The translations under genes and the position numbers were made by a program. A stretch of DNA of 64,000 nucleotides. Source: Heterodontus francisci. Taxonomy: Eukaryota. The stretch spans positions 5,433,492 to 5,497,491 of the forward strand of contig NC_090418.1 in NCBI RefSeq assembly GCF_036365525.1, written 5' to 3'. Below the pieces are notes generated by a model. It had not been told where the DNA came from and did not search any database. It saw only the letters and a program-made list of their open reading frames with translations. Below, piece by piece: positions 49,725 to 61,814 of this stretch. Position 1 is the stretch's first letter; each line of letters opens with the position of its first letter.

Positions 49725-51689
49725 CTGGAGGGCACAGATACAGCAGGTCATTCAGAGAAATATACAGATCACCTACCTCACCCCCCATCCACACTTTCGG
49801 GATGCCTTCTAATACTTTGCCCAAAATAAATGTCAGACTTTTGAAGATTGGCGTTCTGATAGTTACTTTCCAACCCCATTTGTACTGATTCCTTAAAGAT
49901 ATGCAGCAAGGACATCACTGATGAAGTGTTCTTGTATGAGATTCACCCAAGCCTGTTATACTGCCTTCCTTCCCCCAACTACAGTAATGTAACAATTAAT
50001 TTATAGCCTGAAATAAGAACTGAGTCACAGAGAAAGGACAAAGGAGATTCTGATTGTCACAAACATAATTCATTCAAATTAATATTGGAGGGAGATTGGC
50101 ATGAATAGCACATCAAACACTGTGTAATATTATGCAATGTACAGCACAGAACATTGCATATTACATATTATTTACAGCACAGAAACAGGCCATTCGGCCC
50201 AACTGGGCCATGCTGGTGTTTATGCTTCACACAAGCCTCCTCCCACCCTTTCTGCTTCTCACTCCATCCTTTCTCCCTCATGTGTTTATCCAGCTTCCCC
50301 TTAAATGCCGCTCCACTAGTCACCTCAACCATTCCCTGTGGTACCGAGTTCCACATTCTCACCACTCTCTGGGTAAAGAAGTAAACACAATCTGTAAATG
50401 TCGAGAGGCGACAGTGGTTAGTTTTAAGATTCTCACGGTTCATTTTCAGACGCGACCGGCTGGGAAATGGACGGGAGCACAAGGGAGGTAGAAATGACCG
50501 GAGAGGTGGGGGGAGAGGCTTAGCAGAGACATGCCAGTTAATAGGGTGAGACCTGGCAGAGGAGACACTGGTGCCAATCCTATGTGCCACAGCTGGCAGA
50601 GTCTATTCAACACTAAACAGTCACTGCAATGAAAATTTGACGGAAATCAAACATCACAGGGATCACACAGCACGGATGGAGGCCATTCAGGCCATTGTGC
50701 TTGTGCCAGCTCTTTGAAATAGCTATCCGATTGGTCACGCTCCCCCAAATGGACTCCATCGCCCTGCACACGCTTCTCCTTTTCAAGTCTTTCTCCAATT
50801 CCCTTTTGAAAGTCCCTATTGAATCTGCTTCCACCGCCCTTTCAGGCAGCGCGTTCCAGATCACAACAACTCGCTGCGTGAAACAATTCTCATCTCCTCC
50901 TCTGGTTCTTTTACCAATTATACGAAATCTGTGTCCTCTGGTTACCGACCCTCCTGCCAGTGGAAACATTTCTCTTTACCTAATCGAACAAGAACGCTCA
51001 AAATTTTGAATGCCTCTATTAAATCTCCACTTAACCGTCTCTGCTCCAAGGACAACAATCCCAGTGCTGAGTTAATTGATCTCAGCTTGGAGGAGAGTGG
51101 GGGCACTTTGGCAGCCCTGTCACTAGATGCAACATCCAAAACCCACCCCCTCCACCATAGGCACTCCATGGCGTCTACTATCTACAAGATGCAAAGCAGG
51201 GACTCGCAAAGGTTACCTAGACAGTACCCGCCTCCCCGGGGCCTCCACCACCAAGGAGAAAAGCAGCAATGTCGAGGGAATACCATCCTAACTTGGACGC
51301 AGTTTCTTCATTGACTCTGGGCCAATATCCCAGAATTCCCCATCTGACACCATCAGTGCCAACGAGCCAGGCTGAAGGGCCACCACTACTGTCTTGGGGC
51401 AATTTGAGATGGGCAGTAACTGTGGCCTCGCCAGCATCACCCCATCCTACGAACGAAGAAAATATTGCCAAATGCCTGTGGTACAATAGGCAAGAGTCAG
51501 AATCTTAGCAATGGGGGAGGGGGCAACCCAAGAGAAGAAAAGACACTTGCATTTTTATAGCACCTCAGGACGTCCCAAAGCACTTTACCCCCAATGAAGT
51601 AATTTAGGAAACGCGGCAGGCAATTTGTGCACAGCAAGCTCCCACGGACAGCAGTGAGACAATGAGACCATCTGAGGTATACTACTCAC

Positions 51690-51788
51690 TTGCTCCCTCG
51701 AGATGCCTGCGTGTTTCTTCCGGTTCCACTCACTATAATGGAGGCAGACACCGTTCCGATCAAAGATGTACAGATTGTGGACTGTCAT
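51690..51788 (-). CDS. TRAPPC1: Trafficking protein particle complex subunit 1, coding exon 1
   Basis: MTVHNLYIFDRNGVCLHYSEWNRKKHAGISREQ; gtgagt donor. Acceptor tag directly before the ATG implies a non-coding exon upstream (candidate donor gtaagg at 56091). Confidence 0.96.
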
Positions 51789-52118
51789 CTAGTAGGAAAT
51801 ATAGCACAAAGTCAGCAGACAGAATCAAATTTGGTTTACGATGCTTTACAGGATAACAGCAGCTAGCCAGGTTCTAAAACACACGGACTCCTTTTTTCAT
51901 CTGTCAATGTCCAGTGATCATCAATGCCAGATACACACACTGCCTCCTCAGAGTTGAAAATGTAGACTCATAGCAGCACCTCCTCTAATTCAGTCCCTAG
52001 AAACTATTATCTCCACATTACAATCAAAACTTAACATTTCCTTTTTGATTCACCTCATTACCTTTCCTACACATCAAACTGTCCTGAATTAAGTTTCTGA
52101 GCAGTCTTGCCCAATGAG

Positions 52119-55100
52119 GTAGGTGGTGGCGTAGTGGTATTATCACCGGACTAGTAACCCAGAGACCGGTGATAATACCACTACGCCACCACCTACATGT
52201 GACTCCAGACCCACAGCAATGTGGTTAATTCTTACATGCCCTCTGAAATGAGCCTAGCAAGTCACTCAGTTGTATCTAACCGCTACAAAGTCTATAAAAA
52301 GGAATGAAACCGGACGGACCACCCAGCATCGACCTAGGCACCGGAAACGACAACAGCAAACGCAGCCCTGTCAATCCTGCAAAGTCCTCCTTACTAACAT
52401 CTGGGGGCTTGTGCCAAAGTTGGGAGAGCTGTCCCACAGACTAGTCAAGCAATAGCCTGACATAGTCACACTCACGGAATCATACCTTACAGACAATGTC
52501 CCAGACACATGGTGATGGCAAACACGAGGGGACATAGCTTTAAGTTGAGGGGTGAAAGATATAGGACAGATGTCAGAGGTAGTTTCTTTACTCAGAGAGT
52601 AGTAGGGGCGTGGAACGCCCTGCCTGCAACAGTAGTAGACTCGCCAACTTTAAGGGCATTTAAGTGGTCATTGGATAGACATATGGATGAAAATGGAATA
52701 GTGTAGGTCAGATGGTTTCACAGGTCGGCGCAACATCGAGGGCCGAAAGGCCTGTACTGCGCTGTAATGTTCTAATTCTAAAACACTGCCATCACCATCC
52801 CCGGGTATGTCCTGTCCCACCGGCAGGACAGACCCAGCAGAGGTGGTGGCACAGTGATATACAGTAGGGAGGGAGTTGCCCTGGGAGCCCTCAACATTGA
52901 CTCCGGACCCCATGAAGTCTCATGGCATCAGATCAAATATGGGCAAGGTAACCTCCTGCTGATTACCACCCAATGCCCTCCCTCAGCTGATGACTCAGTA
53001 ATCCTCCATGTTGAACACCACTTGGAGGAAGCACTGAGGGTGGCAAGGGCACAAAATGTACTCTGGGTGGGGGACTTCAATGTCCATCACCAAGAGTGGT
53101 TCGGTAGCACCACTACTGACCGAGCCCTAAAGGACATGGCTGCGAGACTGGGTCTGCGGCAGGTGGTGGGGGAACCAACACGAGGGAAGAACATACTCGA
53201 CCTCGTCCTCACCAATCTGCCTGCCGCAGATGCATCTGTCCATGACAGTATTGGTAGGAGTGACCACCGCACAGTCCTTGTGGAGACGAAATCCCGCCTT
53301 CACATTGAGGATACCGTCCATCGTGTTGTGTGGCACTACCACTGTGCTAAATGGGATTGATTTCGAACAGATCTAGCAATGCAAAACTGGGCATTCATGA
53401 GGCGCTGTGGGCCATCAGCAGAATTGTACTCAACCATAATCTGTAACCTCATGGACCGGCATATCCCCCATGCTACCATTACCATCAAGCCAGGAGACCA
53501 ACCCTGGTTCAATGAAGAGTGCAGGAGGGCATGCCAGCAGCAGCACCAGGCATACCTCAAAAAGAGGTGTCAACCTGGTGAAGCTACAACCCAGGACTAC
53601 TTGCATGCCAAACTGCATAAGCAGCATGCGATAGACAGAGCTAAGCGATCCCATAACCAACGGATCAGATCTAAGCTCTACAGTCCTGCCCCATCCAGCC
53701 TAGAATGGTGGTGGACAATTAAACAACTAACTGGAGGAGGTGGCTCCACAAATATCCCCATCCTCAATGACGGGGGAGCCCAGCACATCAGTGCGAAAGA
53801 GAAGGCCGAAACATTTGCAACAATCTTCAGCCAGAAATGCCGAGTTGATGACCCATCTCGGCCTCCTCCTGAAGTCCCCAGCATCACAGATGCCAGACTT
53901 CAGCCAATTCGATTCACTCCACGTGATATCAAGAAACGACTGAAGGCACTGGATACTGCAAAAGCTATGAGCCCTGACAATATTCCGGAAATTGTACTGA
54001 AGACCTGTACTCCAGAACTTGCCATGCCCCTAGCCAAGCTGTTCCAGGACAGCTACAACACTGGCATCTACCCTGCAATGTGGAAAATTGCCCAGGTATG
54101 TCCTGTACACAAAAAGCAGGACAAATCCAACCCGGCCAACTACCGCCCCATTAGCCTACTCTCAATCATCAGTAAAGTGATGGAAGGTGTCATCAACAGT
54201 GCCATCAAGCGGCACTTGCTTAGCAGCAACCTGCTCAATGACACTCAGTTTGGGTTCCGCCAGGGCCACTCAGCTCCTGACCTCATTACAGCCTTGGTTC
54301 AAACATGGACAAAAGAGCTGAACTCCAGATGTGAGGTGAGAGTGATTGCCCTTAACATCAAGACAGCATTTGACTGAGTATGGCATCAAGGAGCCCTAGC
54401 AAAACTGAGGTCAATGAGAATCAGGGGGAAAACCCTCCGCTGGCTGGAGTCATACCTAGCACAAAGGAAGATGGTTGTGGTTGTTGCAGGAAAATCATCT
54501 GAGCTCCAGGACATCACTGCAGGAGTTCCTCAGGGTAGTGTCCTAGACCCAACCATCTTCAGCTGCTTCATCAATGACCTTCCTTCAATCATAAGGTCAG
54601 AAGTGGGGATGTTCGCTGATGATTGCACAATGTTCAGCACCATTCGTGACTCCTCAGATACTGAAGCAGTCTGTGTAGAAATGCAGCAAGACCTGGACAA
54701 TATCCAGGCTTGGGCTGATAAGTGTCAAGTAACATTCGCGCCACACAAGTGCCGGGCAATGACCATCTCCAACAAGAGAGAATCTAACCATCTCTCCTTG
54801 ACATTCAATGGCATTACCATTGCTGAATCCCCCACTATCAACATCCGAGGGGCTACCATTGACCAGAAACTGAACTGCAGTAGCTATATAAATACCGTGG
54901 CTACAAGAGCAGGTCAGAGGCTAGGAATCCTGAGGCGAGTAACTCACCTCCTGACTCCCCAAAGCCTGTCCACCATCTACAAGGCACAAGAAAGGAGTGT
55001 GATGGAATACTCTGGATGCTCTCCAACAACACTCAAGAAGCTCAACACCATCCAGGCCAAAGCAGCCCGCTTGATCGGCACCCCATCTACAAACAAACAT

Positions 55101-55500
55101 TCACTCCCTCCACCACCGACGCACAGTGGCAGCAGTGTGTACCAGCTACAAGATGCACTGCAGCAATGCACCAAGGCTCCTTGGACAGCACATTCCAAAC
55201 CCACGACCTCTACCAAATAGAAGGACGAGGGCAGCACACACATGGGAACACCACCACCTGCAAGTTTCCCTCCAAGTCACACACCATCCTGACTTGGAAT
55301 TATATCGCTGTTCCTTCACTGTCACTGGGTCAAAATCCTGGAACTCCCTTCCTAACAGCACTGTGGGTGTACCTACCCCACATGGACTGCAGCGGTTCAA
55401 GAAGGCGGCTCACCACTACCTTCTCAAGGGCAATTAGGGATGGGCAATAAATGCTGGCCTGGCCAGCGACGCCCACATCCCATGAATGAATTTTTAAAAA
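52119..55500 (+). mobile_element. Apparently full-length, decayed CR1-group LINE (APE endonuclease + RT) with a tRNA/SINE-like 5' head, in TRAPPC1 intron 1
   Basis: LLTNIWGL, TES, RGGG, VGDFNVHH, LDLVLT, SDH (APE); NYRPISLLS, QFGFR, GVPQGSVL, FADD (RT). Several stops and frameshifts. TSD aatgag (52113-52118 / 55501-55506). Confidence 0.92.
52509..52782 (+). mobile_element. CR1 3' fragment nested in the LINE endonuclease region
   Basis: [29 protein letters not shown]; ttctaattcta tail; acac duplication; the host frame (NVPDT|AITIPGY) resumes after it. Confidence 0.88.
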
Positions 55501-56039
55501 AATGAGACTCAGTCTGCCTCTCTCCACTCAACCTTGAAAATAAATCAGAGCAAATCTCATCTGTAAAAGACGCATTAAATTGCACACAAATTGAATTCTA
55601 AGTCAGAAATGGGTTCCAGCTGGAATTCTTAAGCGCAGATGCCGGGGCGATGTAAAGGGAGACCCAGGATAGAGTGACAGCAATGCAAACAGCTAGCAGT
55701 GGGCTAATGGGATAGGCAGGTGGGAGAACACCAGGCTAATGGGATAGGCAGTCAGGTTAAAATACAGTTCCTTTAACTAACTTTCCTGTAGCACAATAGT
55801 AACTACTCTCCATTAAAAGCAACGCAGTGGCCATAAAGTGTTTGGGGCGGGGATGGAGGAGGTTCCCGAGGACGTGAAAGTTGCTATATAAATGCAGCAT
55901 CTTTCTTGCCCCTCAATCCCTTCCCTCTCAATCTGCAGCCACCCAGGCTGCTCCATACAGCACACTAGGGTTATCTAACCCCCTACTTAACCACCTCCTC
56001 TCCCCGTCCACCTACCTCGTCCTCTCCTTCCTCCCCACC

Positions 56040-56550
56040 TCGGGGACTCAGGCAGCGCGCTGGACAACCCCAGCTTGGGGGCCTTCCTTACAAATAGTCG
56101 CAGTGTGCCGCGGGATTTATGAATAAATTACACCAATTAATGAAAAAAATAAATTGATTTAACCGGACTCCCCCTCCCCGACTAAACGCCTCGAGAATAA
56201 GAGCGACGCCGCGGTTCATCATGCCCTCTCGATATAGATACTTTAAAAAATACTTCCCAGTTGCCCTGATGAGTACCGCCGGGGTCTTTCTTTCTGTGCG
56301 TGTGTTTGAAGGTGTTGGTTTGTGGAGGGGTTTTTTTGTCCGCTGTTTGATGCCGGTGAGTTTTTGCGGGGGGAAGTGAGGCAGCGTACGGGGCAGCTGG
56401 ATCATAACCGTTGGGGTCCTTGCCCGCACGCGGGCGCTGTGGTGATGACGCGCCGGAGAGCGGTTGCTATGGCGGCTTCGAACGCGGGACTGAGAAAAAT
56501 TCCCCAGAAACCGGAAAAAAAGAGAGAGACAGGCGGTAACAGAGCTCAGA
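56040..56550. promoter_or_regulatory. CpG-rich bidirectional promoter region for TRAPPC1 (-) and CNTROB (+)
   Basis: High CpG density between divergent genes. X-box-like GTTGCTATGGCGGC at 56463-56476, CRE half-site TGACG at ~56446, ETS-like CCGGAA at ~56511. Donor-like sites on both strands (56091 -, 56356 and 56536 +). Confidence 0.7.
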
Positions 56551-56551
56551 G

Positions 56552-58117
56552 CGGGTGGAGGGGACGGGGGTGGGTGGAGGGGGTGGGACAAGAGGAGGGG
56601 ACGGGGATGGGTGGAGGGGGGCGAGGAGGGGGTGGGACAAGAGGAGGGGACGGGGATGGGTGGAGGGGGGTGAGGAGGCGGTGGGACAAGAGGAGGGGAC
56701 GGGGATGGGTGGAGGGGGGTGAGGAGGGGATGGGTGGAGGGGGGCGAGGAGGCGGTGGGACAAGAGGAGGGGACGGGGATGGGAGAAGAGGAGGGGACGG
56801 GGGTGGGTGGAGGGGGGCGAGGAGGCGGTGGGACAAGAGGAGGGGACGGGGATGGGTGGAGGGGGGTGAGGAGGTGGAGGGGGGTGAGGAGGCGGTGGGA
56901 CAAGAGGAGGGGACGGGGATGGGTGGAGGGGGGTGAGGAGGGGATGGGTGGAGGGGGGTGAGGAGGCGGTGGGACAAGAGGAGGGGACGGGGATGGGTGG
57001 AGGGGGGTGAGGAGGGGATGGGTGGAGGGGGGTGAGGAGGCGGTGGGACAAGAGGAGGGGACGGGGATGGGTGGAGGGGGGCGAGGAGGCGGTGGGACAA
57101 GAGGAGGGGACGGGGATGGGTGGAGGGGGGTGAGGAGGGGATGGGTGGAGGGGGGTGAGGAGGCGGTGGGACAAGAGGAGGGGACGGGGATGGGTGGAGG
57201 GGGGTGAGGAGGGGATGGGTGGAGGGGGGCGAGGAGGCGGTGGGACAAGAGGAGGGGACGGGGATGGGAGAAGAGGAGGGGACGGGGGTGGGTGGAGGGG
57301 GGCGAGGAGGCGGTGGGACAAGAGGAGGGGACGGGGATGGGTGGAGGGGGGTGAGGAGGTGGAGGGGGGTGAGGAGGCGGTGGGACAAGAGGAGGGGACG
57401 GGGATGGGTGGAGGGGGGTGAGGAGGGGATGGGTGGAGGGGGGTGAGGAGGCGGTGGGAGAAGAGGAGGGGACGGGGGTGGGAGAAGAGGAGGGGACGGG
57501 GGTGGGTGGAGGGGGGCGAGGAGGCGGTGGGACAAGAGGAGGGGACGGGGGTGGGTGGAGGGGGGCGAGGAGGCGGTGGGACAAGAGGAGGGGACGGGGG
57601 TGGGTGGAGGGGGGCGAGGAGGCGGTGGGACAAGAGGAGGGGACGGGGGTGGGTGGAGGGGGGCGAGGAGGCGGTGGGAGAAGAGGAGGGGACGGGGGTG
57701 GGTGGAGGGGGGCGAGGAGGGGGTGGGAGAAGAGGAGGGGACGGGGATGGGTGGAGGGGGGCGAGGAGGCGGTGGGAGAAGAGGAGGGGACGGGGGTGGG
57801 TGGAGGGGGGCGAGGAGGCGGTGGGAGAAGAGGAGGGGACGGGGGTGGGTGGAGGGGGGCGAGGAGGGGGTGGGAGAAGAGGAGGGGACGGGGATGGGTG
57901 GAGGGGGGTGAGGAGGCGGTGGGAGAAGAGGAGGGGACGGGGGTGGGTGGAGGGGGGGCGAGGAGGCGGTGGGAGAAGAGGAGGGGACGGGGGTGGGTGG
58001 AGGGGGGGCGAGGAGGGGGTGGGAGAAGAGGAGGGGACGGGGGTGGGTGGAGGGGGGGCGAGGAGGGGGTGGGAGAAGAGGAGGGGACGGGGATGGGTGG
58101 AGGGGGGTGAGGAGGGG
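56552..58117 (+). repeat. G-rich minisatellite (~49-bp unit plus ~24-bp variants), G-quadruplex-prone
   Basis: ggtgggacaagaggaggggacggggatgggtggaggggggcgaggaggc; an internal 485-bp block duplication (identical ORFs at 56719 and 57204). Confidence 0.95.
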
Positions 58118-58304
58118 TTGATGCCTGTTGAATACAGGTGTGTCTTGCCACATGGCAGGTAATTTAAATGAATTAATACTCGTTCGTGACTGCCTTCTTT
58201 AATAACTTTTTCAAATTTGTTTTTTTGTCAGTAGGTTGGGATTGTGACACTGTCCTGTGATGCGGAGCCGTTCCCGTTTGGTTTCGATTGATTGTTGCCA
58301 GGCA

Positions 58305-58979
58305 ATGAATTCCCCGATCCGACCTGAGGACCTGATGAGCGACGTGGAGCCTCTGCCCGCGTCCGCGCCCAGTTCTGCCCCCGCCAGCCCGCGTGCTGCC
58401 TGGGCCACAGCTGCGGCCGTGCCATGCTTTGACCGCTCTGCTGCTACTGCCGTGGTCCGTTCCCTGCCTACCAGCCCCTGCGCCACCCTCACCTCCTCGT
58501 CTGAGGTCACGGCCAGGCTGTATGCTTCGCTGCAGACCAGCCGCGATCTGGGTGGCGCCTACTCCTCCTCTGGCTCCTCTCACTCGTCCTCCTCCTCCTC
58601 CTCGTCGAAACGTGCCGAGACCTCCAACCCCAAAGAGGCAGCGGAACGCACGCATGGCCCTGGCCTGCAGTCAGTCCGCGGCGATGGGTCCAATTCTTCA
58701 ATCCCTGGACCCCGGTCCCGCATTCAACCACCTGACCACACGTCTGGACTTGGGTCCAAGCTGGGGGCAAGTGGCAGGAGTCGTGTCAGGCCAGGCCTCC
58801 CATACAATGTGGTGCCCATGGGCGCTTCCGAAATCACTGCCTCCCGTCATCCAAAATCTGCCCAATTCGCCAAGGACGCAGGTTCAGCTGGTCAAATGGC
58901 GCCCTCTGACCTGGAAGAGCTTGGTGTGGAGATGACCCAGAGACTGTCCAAGAGGGTCGAAGCCAGCAATGGTTCAAAG
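58305..58979 (+). CDS. CNTROB: Centrobin, coding exon 1
   Basis: SPIRPEDLMSD and SSEVTARLYASLQTSR match human SPLGAEDLLSD and SSEVTSQLYASLRLSR. Donor AAG|gtaatt, phase 0. Head-to-head with TRAPPC1 as in human. Confidence 0.88.
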
Positions 58980-60109
58980 GTAATTCTGCGTCGCGTCAGC
59001 AGCTTACTGTCAGGCTTTCCTCGTCAACCAATTCTGCACAGAAACTCAGCAATGTCCTTGCGAGTCTCCAGACTAAACTAACTTCAAACAAACTCCATTT
59101 CCCGCCATAGAGTGTGCATGCTGTCCTGTGAGGGCACAGGGAGTGGTTGAGGCCAATAACATAGATGTATTTAAGGGGAAGCTGGATAGACACATGAAGG
59201 AGAAAGGAATAGGATATGTTGATGGGATGAGATGAAGTATAGGGTGGGAGGAGATGCGTGGATCGCAAACCAGCACGGATCTGTTGGGCTGAATGGCCTG
59301 TTTCTGTACTCTAACTTCTATGTACCTAAACCCAAAGAGCTTAGTTTCAGCTGGGTAATCCTAAGGTTTGGGGACCTCCAAATGTGTAACCATAAACGGG
59401 ACGAGTGATTTGACGCTACGCAGTGTCCTGTGACATGATGGGTGTAAAGCAATTCCTTGTCTGAGTGGTGCAGTCTTGCATAGAACGATCCCAGCTGGAG
59501 TGAAAATGCTGCAATCAGTCAATTTGAGTCCTGCTGGTTTCGCACCTGTACACCGTGTGTCCCTGGGCTTCATCACTGCACTTGCAGGAGGATAGCCATA
59601 TAAATAATCACGTGTACTAACCCAACGCCAAGGAGAATCAGCTCCTACTTTAATGGGGGTCCACATTGGGCTCTTTCTGCTCTTGTCCAGTCATACTTTT
59701 TATTACCCATTCTCCGGATGTGGGTGTCACTGGCAAGGCTGCATTTATTGCCCATCCCTAGTTACCCTGTTCAGTTGAGGGGCTTGCTCAGCCACTTCAG
59801 GGGGTAGTTAAAAGTCAGTCATGTTGGTGTAAGACTGGCGTCGCCTATGGGCCAACACCGGGTAAGGATGATAGATATCCTTCCCTTCCCTGAAGGAATC
59901 AATGAGCCAGTTGAGTTTTGATGACAGTCTGACCCCTTCAGCTCACTTTTTTTTTTTAACAACTTTTTATCAGTTTCTCACTACACTGGTGGGGCCTCTG
60001 AGACCAGGCCTCAGGATTACTAGTCCAGTAGCATAACCACTACACTGCCCTTTGAAAGGGGAGTGCGAGGTTAACACTCTTTGTTCTCTCTGTCTATTGT
60101 TCCTTGCAG

Positions 60110-60194
60110 ATTGGATCCAGGCACATCTCGGAAATGGAGTCAGTGAGGTCCCACCTACACAGCATGTTGAAATTCTCTCAGGAGCTCACCGACA
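60110..60194 (+). CDS. CNTROB: Centrobin, coding exon 2
   Basis: IGSRHISEMESVRSHLHSMLKFSQELTD vs human DGSKHIFEMESVRGQLQTML; 85 nt; gtgagt donor. Confidence 0.92.
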
Positions 60195-60726
60195 GTGAGT
60201 ATCCGGCCGTGCCCTCACAGGCTGATGCTTAAAGGGAGGGTAGGCACAGAGTAAAAGCTGCAGCGGGAAAATACTATCCTGCCTTGGATGGGTTTGTGCC
60301 GTGATGCGTTTGCTTTTCCACTTTCCTTCCAAGGGGCTACAGCAAGAAGCCAGTGCCTTCCAGATTGGGGTGGGTGGGGAATTGGTTACTCCCATTAGCA
60401 GCTCATTTTTCAACAGTTTGGATTGGCATTTGTAGGGCTCGCAGAAGAGGCAGGGACTGGTACACGCCTCTAACTGTCCATACATATATCGCGTGCTATT
60501 CGCATTAACTGCCAATCGCTGTGGAGAGCTGTTGAGTGGAGGCCAGACACGTCCCTGTGGCAAAAATAAGCAAGAGGTATTAGGAACCGCTTTGTGGAAG
60601 TTCCCCGTCTCCCTTGCTTCTGATGGAAGCCCCTGACTAAAGGGAAGCTGACCAGGGGGAAATAGTGTACAAATTGAATTGCAAATTAACCCAGGTATCA
60701 TCTGGCTTCACGTTCCCTCCCTACAG

Positions 60727-60832
60727 GGGATGCTGCTGTCAATCCAACTTCTCCAACGCTGGTGCCAAAGGCAGCTGAGGAGCAAAGGGATAACGACTCA
60801 TTTGAGAGTGACTGCACCAGCACCTTGCTCAG
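60727..60832 (+). CDS. CNTROB: Centrobin, coding exon 3
   Basis: EEQRDNDSFESDCTSTLL vs human ERREEDSFDSDSTATLL; phases 1/2 consistent with neighbours. Confidence 0.9.
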
Positions 60833-61814
60833 GTGGGTGAAGGGTGTTTGTAAGTAAATATCTTTTATTTTGGGAGGGATTGGTTGCTTGGTAATGCTGC
60901 AAGCTACTGCTCCAGTGTTCTTGGCTAACCAATGTTTTCATCTGTGACTCCCACCTTCCATCCAATGACCACGGTTGGTCCATCAGAGGGAGAGAAGCTG
61001 AACAAAAGTCCTGATATTTCCTTTCTGGGAAAGGGGGAAATGAGGAGGCAGCTGGGGACTTGGTGTCGCAAACACAGTTTGCATTTCTGTAGCGATTTTC
61101 ATAACCTCAGGATGTCCCAAAGTGTTTTACAGCCAATGAAGTACTTTTTGAAAAGTAGTTATTGTGGTATTGTAGGGAACATGGCAACCAGTTTGCGCAC
61201 AGCAAGCTTCTACAAACAGCAATGCGATAATGACCAGATTATCTCTTTTTTTTTAATGTTGGGTTGTGGGATAAATATTGAACAGGAGAACATCCCTGCT
61301 CCTCTTCCAAATAGCACCGTGGGATCTTTGACAGGGCAGACAGGGGTCCAGGTTTAACCTCTCAATTGCAAGATGGTACTATTGACAGTGCCACACTCTT
61401 TCAGTACTGGCAGAGGGAGTGTTGGCTTGAATGAGGTGCTCAAGTATCTGAAGTGGGGACTTGAACCCACTCAGAGATGAGAGTTCTATCACTGAGTGCA
61501 GTGTGGCAGCACAGGCTAAGGGCCCAGTATGAAACGAGTTGGACTGTCTCGGCTTAATTCCTGGTGAGCAAGGGTGGGTTGCGTAAATGAGGGGAGCTGC
61601 CAACCCAAGGGTAACTTCCAACAATAACTAACTAATTGACCCAGTGACCTATCTTTATACCACTTAACTGCACAGGGAGTTTATATGTAGCGACCTTTAA
61701 AAGAGTCAGGCTAAGTTAACAACTGACGTCACTTATATGTTTAAGGCCCAGTATTGCCCAGGAGCAACTGTGGGTACAGTAGCCTAGTGATTTTGTTACC
61801 AGACAAGTAATCCA

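Noticed and set aside
56088-58162. Extensin-like Pro-rich (687 aa) and Gly/Arg-rich ORFs
   Set aside because: Artefacts of the G-rich minisatellite.
58257-58304. Upstream start of the 274-aa ORF for CNTROB
   Set aside because: Homology begins at the ATG at 58305, acceptor-like AGs precede it, and the ORF tail after 58979 is intron read-through.
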